Assembly (NCBI GenBank): GCA_052139735.1
Contig: JBKQWB010000019.1
Span: 11,162 to 75,161 of the forward strand
Direction of reading: 5' to 3'
DNA: 64,000 bases
From: Smithella sp.
Lineage (GTDB): Bacteria; Desulfobacterota; Syntrophia; Syntrophales; Smithellaceae
Shown: positions 18,967 through 27,699 of the stretch, in pieces
Numbering within the stretch: position 1 is the first letter of the stretch
Layout: each line of letters opens with the position of its first letter
The notes under the pieces: generated by a model
What the model was told of the DNA's origin: nothing
Seen by the model: only the letters and a program-made list of their open reading frames with translations
Database searches by the model: none
Translations under genes and position numbers: made by a program

Positions 18967-19596
18967 ATGAGTTTGAACAATCCGGAAGCAACCCAGCAGG
19001 CCTTGAATATTTTAAGGAGCGGCTCCACGTTCCAGTGGTATGTAATTCCTCTGCTTGTGATCGTCATTTACATTTATGCCAACGAGATCGAAAAGGGCAA
19101 TTATCGCGTCATCGCCGGGGGGCTGGCCCTGTACATGGTCCACTGGTTTGTGGAAATCGTCAACGCGCTTATACAGCACTTTTGGGGTCATGCTTTGTGG
19201 ACAGTACCTTCCGGAACAGCCTTTGAAATCATGGTGGGTGTCGGAATCGAAATTAATCTGATGTTCGCTATAGCCGGAATAGCGGTTTGCAAGTTAATGC
19301 CGAAAGATCCCTCGCAGAAAATTCTGGGCATTAATAACCGCCTGGCCTTTACGGTTTCCAATGCCGCTTTAGCCTCTATTCTGGAAATATTTCTGGTGCA
19401 TACGACTACTTTTGTTTGGGTCTATGGATGGTGGGGCGCTTTTCCTGTTTTTGTGACCGTATACATCCCGTTTTTCGCCGCAGCCTGTTACGTTCATGAC
19501 TGGCAACCTCGTGCGCAAAAGCTTTTCATAGGGTCTCTTTTCTTCATTAATGCTATTGCTTTTATAGTGTTTGCAGGAATCTTAAAGTGGATCTGA
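18967..19596 (+). CDS. Integral membrane protein of unknown function
   Basis: 209 aa, about 5-6 hydrophobic helices. RBS AAGGAG upstream. No family recognised. Confidence 0.6.
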   Translation: MSLNNPEATQQALNILRSGSTFQWYVIPLLVIVIYIYANEIEKGNYRVIAGGLALYMVHWFVEIVNALIQHFWGHALWTVPSGTAFEIMVGVGIEINLMFAIAGIAVCKLMPKDPSQKILGINNRLAFTVSNAALASILEIFLVHTTTFVWVYGWWGAFPVFVTVYIPFFAAACYVHDWQPRAQKLFIGSLFFINAIAFIVFAGILKWI

Positions 19597-19774
19597 GTGA
19601 AGATTTGACGGGAGCTTTAATCGAAGCCTGCTAAAACAGTTGGAAAATTTATCAAAACAAACTATAAAGTTCCTGTGATCAATCTGCCGGAGGAGACCTG
19701 ATATTTTTAATTACAATCTTTATCTGGAAAAAGTAAAAGCCGGTCAAAAGGAAATAAATCCTTTCCTGGATTAT

Positions 19775-20125
19775 TTGGGAATAACTTTAGTTGAGTTAAA
19801 AGATGGTTACGCCCGATTTCGGATGCCGGTGCGTCCGGAATATTTACAGGGAGCCAAAACCATGCAGGGCGGACTTATCGTCGCGCTGGCTGACGAGACA
19901 ATTGCCCATGCGATGATGACTCAATTAAGTCCCGAAGAAGGTTTAACTACCATAGAACTAAAGAGTAATTTTCTGGCGGGGGTCAGCGGCGGGGATCTTA
20001 TTGCCACAGCCACTGTCTTTAAAAAAGGACAAAGTCTGGTTATCGGAGATTGTTTAGTTACTGATAATGAAGGGAAAAACGTCTGCCGTGTTTCTGCTAC
20101 TTTTCTGCTTTTGAAAAAAAAATGA
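19775..20125 (+). CDS. PaaI/hotdog-fold thioesterase (start codon uncertain, probably further upstream)
   Basis: LGITLVELKDGYARFRMPV...QGGLIVALADETIAHA is typical of PaaI-type thioesterases. The frame is open back to 19679 with no ATG/GTG/TTG. A possible ATT start at 19703 lies 6 nt after GGAGGAGA. Confidence 0.75.
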   Translation: MGITLVELKDGYARFRMPVRPEYLQGAKTMQGGLIVALADETIAHAMMTQLSPEEGLTTIELKSNFLAGVSGGDLIATATVFKKGQSLVIGDCLVTDNEGKNVCRVSATFLLLKKK

Positions 20126-20237
20126 AAATAAATACCTGCATATCCTTATTGACTCTCAGTCGTAAATTTGCTAGACAAGCCTATTATTTCTAATATTCCT
20201 AACAAATTTGAAATAATTGATAATCAGGATGTTTTAA

Positions 20238-20888
20238 GTGATAGATCTGCATACGCATTCCATTTTCAGTGATGGCGAGTTGATACCCGCGGAACTTGCT
20301 CAACGGGCCTTTGCCGCCGGTTATAAAGTTTTAGCCATTACCGATCATGTTGATCATTCCAATATTGACTTTATTATTCCAAGGATTATCAAGGTTTGTT
20401 CAAAAATAACGGAAGATAGAAAAATTAAGGTTCTTCCCGGTGTTGAAATTACACATGTCGCTCCAGTTCAAATAGCTAATATAGCTGATGAAGCAAGAAA
20501 ATTAGGAGCAAAGATAATCATTGTTCACGGGGAGACGATTGTTGAACCTGTTCCCGCCGGAACAAATCTGGCCGCGCTTAAGTCATCTATAGATATTTTA
20601 GCTCATCCGGGGATTCTGACGGAAGAAGAAGCTCTCCTGGCCGCAGACAGGGGAATTTATCTGGAGATTACAACGCGGAGGGGTCACAGTTTCAGTAACG
20701 GACATGTCGCGCAGATAGCGAAAAAATTCAAAGCCAATCTCATTCTCAATAACGATGCCCATTGTCCGGATGATTTCGTGAGCGGCGATCGGGCAAAAAG
20801 CATTGCCCGAGGCGCCGGACTGACTAATGATGAAATATCCGCGATGTTTGAGAATTCGCGAAGGATGGTACAAAAGTTGTTGTTATGA
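20238..20888 (+). CDS. PHP-domain metal-dependent phosphoesterase
   Basis: N-terminal IDLHTHSIFSDG, AITDH, and the later HGE and NDAH motifs. Confidence 0.8.
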   Translation: MIDLHTHSIFSDGELIPAELAQRAFAAGYKVLAITDHVDHSNIDFIIPRIIKVCSKITEDRKIKVLPGVEITHVAPVQIANIADEARKLGAKIIIVHGETIVEPVPAGTNLAALKSSIDILAHPGILTEEEALLAADRGIYLEITTRRGHSFSNGHVAQIAKKFKANLILNNDAHCPDDFVSGDRAKSIARGAGLTNDEISAMFENSRRMVQKLLL

Positions 20889-22147
20889 AAAGTAAATCTA
20901 ATTCACAGCCGTTAAAAATTTGTCTGCTGACTTACAGGGGCAACCCGACCTGCGGCGGGCAGGGCGTCTACATTAAACATTTGAGCAAAGCACTCAGTGA
21001 TCTTGGACATCAGGTTGATGTTGTATCGGGGCCGCCTTATCCTCATCTCGACGCGAAAGTGCGTCTGCATAAACTTCCCAGTCTTGATCTTTATAACCCT
21101 GAAAGACCCTTTCACGTAAAAAAGGTAAGCTCTCTGGTTAATCCTCTGAACATGTATGAGTTTGTAAATATGTGCCTGGGCAGATTTCCCGAACCATTCA
21201 CTTTCGGTGTGCGGGCTTATAACTATTTGCAAAAGCATAAAATGAATTATGACATTGTTCATGATAATCAGTGCCTTGCTTATGGTATCGGAAAAATCGC
21301 GCAAAGTATGGTTCCGACGATAGCGACAATTCATCATCCTATAACAGTTGATCGAACAGAAGAGTTTAAAGCGGCGACCACCAATAGAAAAAGAAGAAAA
21401 GTCGGACGCTGGTATTCTTTTATTAAAATGCAAAAGGAAGTAGCCAGGCAGTTGTCGCATATTGTTACTGTATCAGAATGCTCCAAGGTAGATATTGCCG
21501 AGGAGTTTTCCATAAATTTATCGAAATTTCGCGTTGTGCCCAATGGCGTCAATAAGGAAATATTTTATCCCCTCCACAATGAATCAAGGCCGGAAAATTC
21601 CATTATCGTAACCAACAGCGCGGATACACCTTTAAAAGGCCTGCGTTATTTGCTCGAAGCTGTAGCCCAGGTTAGGAAAAAACAATCCGTAAAATTAACA
21701 GTCATCGGCGAGCCCAAAAAGAACGGAATAATAAAAACACTGGTGGCGGATCTGGGAATAGGAAATATCGTTCAGTTCACCGGACGCATCGATAATGAGG
21801 AATTTGCCGGTTATTATTCGAGAGCCACAATAGCCGTTGTTCCATCTTTATATGAAGGCTTTGGCATGCCCGCCTCCGAAGCGATGGCTTGCGGAGTTCC
21901 CGTAATCAGTACCAGCGGCGGAGCGTTGCCGGAAGTGGTCGGAGATACGGGAATCATCGTGCCGCCGGCGGATTCCGGCGCTCTGACAAAGGAAATAATA
22001 TTTTTGTTAAATAATCCCGATCAGAGAATAAAGATGGCGCAGGCAGGCATCAAGCGGGTCGAATCTATTTTTAATTGGCCCAAAGCCGCAAACGATATGG
22101 TGGAAGTATACCGAGAGGCAATTAATGATTACCATAGACCTGAATGA
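20885..22147 (+). CDS. Glycosyltransferase family 4 (GT-B, group 1)
   Basis: N-terminal GGQGVYIKHLSKAL and the C-terminal PSLYEGFGMPASEAMACGVPVIST E-x7-E region. Overlaps the upstream stop (ATGA). Confidence 0.85.
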   Translation: MKSKSNSQPLKICLLTYRGNPTCGGQGVYIKHLSKALSDLGHQVDVVSGPPYPHLDAKVRLHKLPSLDLYNPERPFHVKKVSSLVNPLNMYEFVNMCLGRFPEPFTFGVRAYNYLQKHKMNYDIVHDNQCLAYGIGKIAQSMVPTIATIHHPITVDRTEEFKAATTNRKRRKVGRWYSFIKMQKEVARQLSHIVTVSECSKVDIAEEFSINLSKFRVVPNGVNKEIFYPLHNESRPENSIIVTNSADTPLKGLRYLLEAVAQVRKKQSVKLTVIGEPKKNGIIKTLVADLGIGNIVQFTGRIDNEEFAGYYSRATIAVVPSLYEGFGMPASEAMACGVPVISTSGGALPEVVGDTGIIVPPADSGALTKEIIFLLNNPDQRIKMAQAGIKRVESIFNWPKAANDMVEVYREAINDYHRPE

Positions 22148-22826
22148 ATTAAATTTAAAGCCGCATGATGTTGTTCTCGATGCGGGTTGCGGATTGGGCA
22201 GACACTTGCGTCATTTGGCCAGGATGCCGGAACTCAAAATTTTCGGCATAGATAAAAATACCTGGGCGCTTACTGAAACGGCTAAATCAATGGCCACAAT
22301 GCCCGACGCGCAGTCGAAAGATTATCTGTTTTCCATTGCCGATATCACAAAGCTGCCTTTTGCCGATTCATCGTTTGATTGCGTGATTTGTTCGGAAGTT
22401 ATGGAACATATCCCCGATCATGAAAAAGCCCTGAAAGAGCTGGATCGGATATTGAAGCCGCATGGCACTCTTGCGGTCAGTGTGCCGCGTTTTTTTACTG
22501 AGAGAATTTGCTGGTTTATTTCATGGGATTATCATAATGAAGAAGGCGGTCATATACGCATTTACAAAAAGAAACAACTCCGGGAAATGTTAACGAGGCA
22601 GGGGTTTAAGTGCTGGAAGATTAATTACAAGCATGCGCTTCATTCGCCATACTGGTGGCTGAAATGCCTGGTCGGCTTGAAAAAAGAAGATCACCTGCTG
22701 GTCAAATATTACAGAAAATTTCTGGAATGGGATATTATGAAAAAACCGCGTTTGGTGCGGATGCTGGAAGATTTTCTAAATCCAATAATGGGCAAAAGTA
22801 TTGTCTATTATCTTAAAAAAGGATAA
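22125..22826 (+). CDS. Class I SAM-dependent methyltransferase
   Basis: Motif I VLDAGCGLGRH, FDCVICSEVMEHI and LKPHGTLAV. Overlaps the GT4 gene by 23 nt. Confidence 0.85.
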   Translation: MITIDLNELNLKPHDVVLDAGCGLGRHLRHLARMPELKIFGIDKNTWALTETAKSMATMPDAQSKDYLFSIADITKLPFADSSFDCVICSEVMEHIPDHEKALKELDRILKPHGTLAVSVPRFFTERICWFISWDYHNEEGGHIRIYKKKQLREMLTRQGFKCWKINYKHALHSPYWWLKCLVGLKKEDHLLVKYYRKFLEWDIMKKPRLVRMLEDFLNPIMGKSIVYYLKKG

Positions 22827-22831
22827 TTTTA

Positions 22832-23863
22832 ATGGAACTGAAACTTTCCATAAGTGAAGAGTTAAACCCGGTCTCCATGGAAAAAATTGCCGCTTTCATT
22901 GCTTCGATCCAAAAAGAAAACGGCGAAATTCCATGGTCGGAGGGAGGGAAGACCGATCCGTGGGATCATGTCGAAAGCGCTATGGGCTTAAGCACAGGCG
23001 GTTTTTATGCCGAAGCAAGAAGCGCTTATGAATGGCTGGCCGGCACTCAGCTTCCGGATGGCAGTTGGTGGTCGGAAATTCTTGACGGTAAGATTGTTAA
23101 TTCTTCTAAAGAAGCAAATTTTTCTTCCTATGTCGCCGTGGGCGTGTTCCATCATTATCTTATTACCAAAGATATGAAATTTTTAAAAACCATGTGGCCT
23201 ACAATTTCCCAGGGCATTCAGTACGCGATCGATTTGCAGGCTCCCGAGGGGGGGATTTACTGGGCTAGAAACAAACACGGCGTGATTGATAAAATGGCTC
23301 TGCTCACCGGTTCCAGTTCCATCTATATGAGCATTAAATGCGCTCTGGCGATAGCCGGAATACTGGGCAAGAAACGCCCGAGCTGGCGCAAAGCTATGGA
23401 TGCCCTCGGTATGGCGATAAAAACCAGACCGGATCTTTTTAACATGATCAAATCGCGGTATTCGATGGATTGGTATTATCCTGTTTTATGCGGGGCAATA
23501 ACCGGTGAAGACGCTAAACGACGGATAGCCCACTTATGGGAAAAGTTTGTCGTTCCCGAATGGGGTGTGCGTTGTGTGAGCGACCGGCCATGGGTAACCA
23601 TGGCGGAAACGGCGGAGTTTATTTTAACTCTGGCGGCAATCGGAGATATTCCCCGGGCCAAAACGATATTCAGCTGGTTGCATGATAAAAGATTTTCCGA
23701 CGGGTCTTTCTGGATGGGAGTGACTTTTCCGGATGGGGTTATCTGGCCTGAAGAAAAAACAGGCTGGACGGCGGCGGCGGCAATGATGGCCTGGGACGCT
23801 TTGAGTGAAATAACTCCGGCGGGGAAACTTTTTAATCATAAGTTTTGGGCTTCATGGAAATAA
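22832..23863 (+). CDS. Alpha/alpha-toroid protein (prenyltransferase / squalene-oxidase-repeat-like)
   Basis: 343 aa. Repeated aromatic/Gly-rich helical-hairpin pattern (DGSWW, GGIYWAR, DGSFWMG) resembles terpenoid cyclase/prenyltransferase repeats. Confidence 0.5.
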   Translation: MELKLSISEELNPVSMEKIAAFIASIQKENGEIPWSEGGKTDPWDHVESAMGLSTGGFYAEARSAYEWLAGTQLPDGSWWSEILDGKIVNSSKEANFSSYVAVGVFHHYLITKDMKFLKTMWPTISQGIQYAIDLQAPEGGIYWARNKHGVIDKMALLTGSSSIYMSIKCALAIAGILGKKRPSWRKAMDALGMAIKTRPDLFNMIKSRYSMDWYYPVLCGAITGEDAKRRIAHLWEKFVVPEWGVRCVSDRPWVTMAETAEFILTLAAIGDIPRAKTIFSWLHDKRFSDGSFWMGVTFPDGVIWPEEKTGWTAAAAMMAWDALSEITPAGKLFNHKFWASWK

Positions 23864-23973
23864 TGAAAATCCCTCTGTTGCGGCGGTATTTCCGGATTGC
23901 GCTCACGATCAATTTCTGCGACAAAAGTTGACCCTGCTTTTAAAAAATCCACTTTAATAAAAAAGGTAAGCCA

Positions 23974-24696
23974 GTGAGAAAGGATCATCGTCCATATTAC
24001 GTTAAGCGCTTCTATAATAAGTTTCAGAAATGGTATGCGCAATATTTTCTGGCCCCTCAATTCGAATATTTTGGCAGGGGGTTGGTTTTTATGAAACCCT
24101 GGCAGGTGGAAGTATTCGGCGGACCGGTGTTTTTAGGAGATTATTCAACCGTTATCGGCACCCCAGACAGAAAAGTAAGATTTACCGTCTGGCCTGTGTG
24201 GCAGGGTACGGGAAAAATTGAAATAGGCCGGTGCTGCCTGATTTGTCCCGGTACAAGAATAATGTCTGCTACCTCAATAACGATGGGTGATGGCTGCATG
24301 ACTGCCCAGAATGTAAGCATCAGTGACGCGGACTGGCATGATTTGTACGATCGCAGTGCGCCAGTAGGCAACACGCAGCCCGTTACAATCGGCAATAATG
24401 TCTGGATTGGAGACAGCGCTATTGTATGCAAAGGAGTGACTATCGGAGATAACGCCATAATCGGCACCGGTTCCATAGTCGTAAAAAATATTCCGGCAAA
24501 CGCGATTGCCGCAGGAAATCCGGCATCTGTTATCAAATATCTTGATCCGGACAAACCCTTAAAGACCAGAACCCAGTGGCTTTCTGATCCAGCCAAACTG
24601 GCTGCGGATTTTGAAATTATTGATCGCGAGATGATGAAAGGCAACACGCTGGCAGGCTGGTTCAGATCATTGCTTTTCCCTCGTAGTGGAGATTAA
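23974..24696 (+). CDS. Left-handed beta-helix (hexapeptide) acetyltransferase
   Basis: Hexapeptide repeats [46 protein letters not shown] start. Confidence 0.8.
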   Translation: MRKDHRPYYVKRFYNKFQKWYAQYFLAPQFEYFGRGLVFMKPWQVEVFGGPVFLGDYSTVIGTPDRKVRFTVWPVWQGTGKIEIGRCCLICPGTRIMSATSITMGDGCMTAQNVSISDADWHDLYDRSAPVGNTQPVTIGNNVWIGDSAIVCKGVTIGDNAIIGTGSIVVKNIPANAIAAGNPASVIKYLDPDKPLKTRTQWLSDPAKLAADFEIIDREMMKGNTLAGWFRSLLFPRSGD

Positions 24697-24699
24697 AAA

Positions 24700-26271
24700 A
24701 TGCGTATAGCTATGATTGCCCCGCCATATCCATTGGAGGAAATTCCTTCTCCGCCGCTCGGTGTGACTTATGTCGCCGCGGCATTTCAAGCCGCCGGCGC
24801 GGAAGTAAAAATACTGGATTATATTGTTTCTAATTACACTAAAGAAAATCTTCAAAAACAATTGGAATCTTTTCGGCCTGACGCGGTGGGCGCCACTTCC
24901 GTAACGATGAATTTTTATGAAGCGCAGAAGATCCTTCGCGATGTTAAAAATTACGATCCGGAAATAATCACGATGATGGGCGGCCCCCATGTTTCTTTTA
25001 CAGCAACCGATACTTTAATGCGGTACCCGGAAATAGATTTGATTGCCATAGGAGAAGGAGAGGATACAATTGCCGAACTTACTCCTGTATTAAAGCAGAA
25101 GAGCAAATGGCGCGATATACGCGGAATCGCATACCGGCATGATGATGAAATTATGATCACCGGCAAAAGAGATTTTATTACGGATATCGACAGAATCCCC
25201 TCACCGGCGCGTTATTTATTGCCCATCTCGCGTTACAGAGCGCTGGGATTTCCGGTTAGCCTGATTACCGGCAGGGGTTGTCCCTATTCGTGCATTTTTT
25301 GTTTAGGGCGCAAGATGGTCGGTTCCAAGGTTCGTAAAAGAAAATCAAATCTTGTTTTGGATGAAATTGAAGAGATCCTTGGTTATGGTTTTGAACGCAT
25401 TAATATCGCCGATGACCTTTTCACAGCAGATAAAGAACGTGTTCGCGAAATTTGTATCGGTATCAAGGAGCGTTCTTTAAAGTTCCCGTGGAGCGCCTTT
25501 GCCCGCGTGGACACTGTAAATCAGGAAATCTTTGATCTAATGGCCGAGGCAGGTTGCGACAGTGTCAGCTTCGGAGTGGAAACGGGCAATCCGGAGATGC
25601 TTAAACGAATAAGAAAAGGAATAAAACTGGAACAGGTCGAGGCGGCAGTTAAAATGTGCCAGAAGGCGGGCATGATCGCTCATGAGTCTTTTATTATTGG
25701 TTTACCTGGAGAAACAAAAGATACTTTAGAGGAAACGGAAAGGTTCGCCAAAAGAACAAAAGCTATGTACGGCTATCATTATCTGGCGCCGTTTCCCGGC
25801 ACAACAGTATGGGAAAAAATTAAGGATTATGATCTGGAAATCTTAACCCAAGATTGGGATCGTTATGATGCCAACGATGCCATTGTTAAGACTTCATCAT
25901 TGCTCCCGCAGGATATGCGCGAATTTGGCGCCCGTTATGATGAAGAAATGGCGGCAGATTGGAATAAAATGTTCAAAAGATACCAGGACGGCACAGGTTC
26001 AACAGCCGATAATATGCATATTGAAGGTCATTGGCGCATGAATCTGACCTATCAGATATTAAAAGACAACCTCATCGAAAAATGCGGATTTATTGAACCT
26101 GCTTCATTTAAGGGAACTAAAGACAGCGCCCTTGCGGAACTATGCCGGAAAATAATAGATTACACCGGCGCGGATTCAAAAGTGGTGACTGATACCATCA
26201 CTGATTTCGCAGGCCGCGGTTATCTTAACGCGGATATTACAGAGAAAGGATGTGTCTGGTCCTGGGCGTGA
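24700..26271 (+). CDS. B12-binding-domain radical SAM protein (class B)
   Basis: The N-terminal Rossmann-like B12 domain is followed by GRGCPYSCIFC (CxxxCxxC). Starts 4 nt after the previous stop. Confidence 0.85.
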   Translation: MRIAMIAPPYPLEEIPSPPLGVTYVAAAFQAAGAEVKILDYIVSNYTKENLQKQLESFRPDAVGATSVTMNFYEAQKILRDVKNYDPEIITMMGGPHVSFTATDTLMRYPEIDLIAIGEGEDTIAELTPVLKQKSKWRDIRGIAYRHDDEIMITGKRDFITDIDRIPSPARYLLPISRYRALGFPVSLITGRGCPYSCIFCLGRKMVGSKVRKRKSNLVLDEIEEILGYGFERINIADDLFTADKERVREICIGIKERSLKFPWSAFARVDTVNQEIFDLMAEAGCDSVSFGVETGNPEMLKRIRKGIKLEQVEAAVKMCQKAGMIAHESFIIGLPGETKDTLEETERFAKRTKAMYGYHYLAPFPGTTVWEKIKDYDLEILTQDWDRYDANDAIVKTSSLLPQDMREFGARYDEEMAADWNKMFKRYQDGTGSTADNMHIEGHWRMNLTYQILKDNLIEKCGFIEPASFKGTKDSALAELCRKIIDYTGADSKVVTDTITDFAGRGYLNADITEKGCVWSWA

Positions 26272-26287
26272 TCCCGCTTTAAACTTT

Positions 26288-26378
26288 AAGCGCTATCTTC
26301 GTTGGCCGCGTCGTCGGCTTCCTCAACGTATTGTCATATACGCCTGCGGAGCCTCCTCCTTGCCGCCTCGATATCATC
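26288..26378. repeat. Left arm of a 91-nt imperfect inverted repeat
   Basis: aagcgctatcttcgttggccgcgtcgtcggcttcctcaacgtat...cctcgatatcatc. Differs at 7 of 91 positions from the reverse complement of 26782-26872 (hand alignment). Confidence 0.9.
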
Positions 26379-26477
26379 ATAAATTTTAAACCGGTATGTT
26401 TTTGTAAGAAATAATTTAAAACTTAGATTTCAAGACCTGTTATTCTTTATTTAATTACTTTCTAATCAGTATTCCCA

Positions 26478-26515
26478 TTTAAGCGCTATCTTCGTTGGCT
26501 GCGTCGTCGGCTTCC
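26478..26515. repeat. Partial (38-nt) direct copy of the outer end of the left arm
   Basis: tttaagcgctatcttcgttggctgcgtcgtcggcttcc matches 26285-26322 with 1 mismatch. Confidence 0.85.
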
Positions 26516-26781
26516 GCTATCTTCACATAAAATATATTTTTTTACTTCTGTTCGGAACATCAATTCCCTACAAACGGCATATGCAATGTAAATATTTTGG
26601 GGAAACTTGATCGGCTCGACTTTAGAGTAGTCTTTTAGTTCATATTATTCAAAAACATGATAATTATTTTTCATAGTTTTTCCTTCCTTGATATAAAAAA
26701 GGTTGGCCATATTTAGAAAATTTGGTCAAATCTGTTATTGGCGCATTCTCTATACCATATTTTAATACCTTTTAAATCAAA

Positions 26782-26872
26782 GATGATATCGAGGCGGCTA
26801 GGAGGAGGCTCCGCAGGCGTATATGAACATACGTTGAGGAGGCCGACGACGAAGCCAACAAAGATAGCGCTT
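26782..26872. repeat. Right arm of the 91-nt inverted repeat
   Basis: Reverse complement of the left arm, 403 bp away. Confidence 0.9.
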
Positions 26873-26889
26873 TGATTCAGAAGGTATTT

Positions 26890-27504
26890 CTACTTGCGAA
26901 TTAGTATTCCTAACGATTCGCACATCGGCATCTCTTCGTAGAACCCCGATTCCACCGCGATCTTGTAAACAAGATAAGGCGCTTGCCCGCCCTTTGCCGG
27001 ATCGGGAAAAATATCGTGGAATAAAAGATAACCGCCGGGAATCAGATTATTTGCCCAGATATTATAGTCGTTCAAAACGGATTCGTACGCGTGACTGCCG
27101 TCAATAAAAATCAGGCTAAGTGGCGTTTTCCATACGCTTCCTATTAGCGCCGAACGGCCGATAATGGGAATTACCACATCTTCCAGATCAAAATCGGCTA
27201 TAGTTTTCCGGAAATGTTTTAGGGTATCTACTTTACCTGTTTCTTTATCAAATAAATCGGGATCAAAATAGGCTTCTCCCGGCTGCTGTTCTTCCGAACC
27301 GGTGTGATGATCGATAGAAAAAAGAACAGTGGAGTTTTCCTTACAGGCCGTTCCAATATAAACGGATGACTTGCCGCAGTAACTGCCGATTTCGAGGCAG
27401 GGACCATTTTTGCCGGCTTTTAAGGCCAGTTTGTAAAGACAGTCCGCTTCACGTTCATCAAGAAATCCCTTAACCTTGTTTATGTTTTCTTTATTTATAT
27501 CCAT
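26890..27504 (-). CDS. Class I SAM-dependent methyltransferase (Methyltransf_24 / O-methyltransferase-like)
   Basis: LEIGSYCGKSSVYIG (motif I), IFIDGSHAYESV and GGYLLFHD. Confidence 0.75.
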   Translation of the reverse strand: MDINKENINKVKGFLDEREADCLYKLALKAGKNGPCLEIGSYCGKSSVYIGTACKENSTVLFSIDHHTGSEEQQPGEAYFDPDLFDKETGKVDTLKHFRKTIADFDLEDVVIPIIGRSALIGSVWKTPLSLIFIDGSHAYESVLNDYNIWANNLIPGGYLLFHDIFPDPAKGGQAPYLVYKIAVESGFYEEMPMCESLGILIRK

Positions 27505-27623
27505 GAATCAATCCCTGTGAAATATTTTTGCCGTTTAAATAGCCTCACCTTAAGTAAAAAGCAAGTATTGAAATTTAACAAAAGTTAAGCAAGTTAGGCC
27601 GAAAAAGACTTGGCCTGAACCTG

Positions 27624-27663
27624 TCAAAAAAACGGCAATTGAATCCTGGAAACAATTGCCGTT
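27624..27663 (-). terminator. Rho-independent terminator of the TPR gene
   Basis: Minus strand has the 11-bp stem AACGGCAATTG / CAATTGCCGTT with an 11-nt loop, followed by a U-run. Confidence 0.7.
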
Positions 27664-27699
27664 TTGGAAAAATCTTCTTTATGCTTATCGTTGCGATAG

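Noticed and set aside
26285-26872. Possible CRISPR array, because of three copies of a roughly 38-nt sequence
   Set aside because: The copies are not regularly spaced. One is inverted and part of a 91-nt arm. No cas genes are nearby. The pattern fits inverted-repeat element architecture, not repeat-spacer units.
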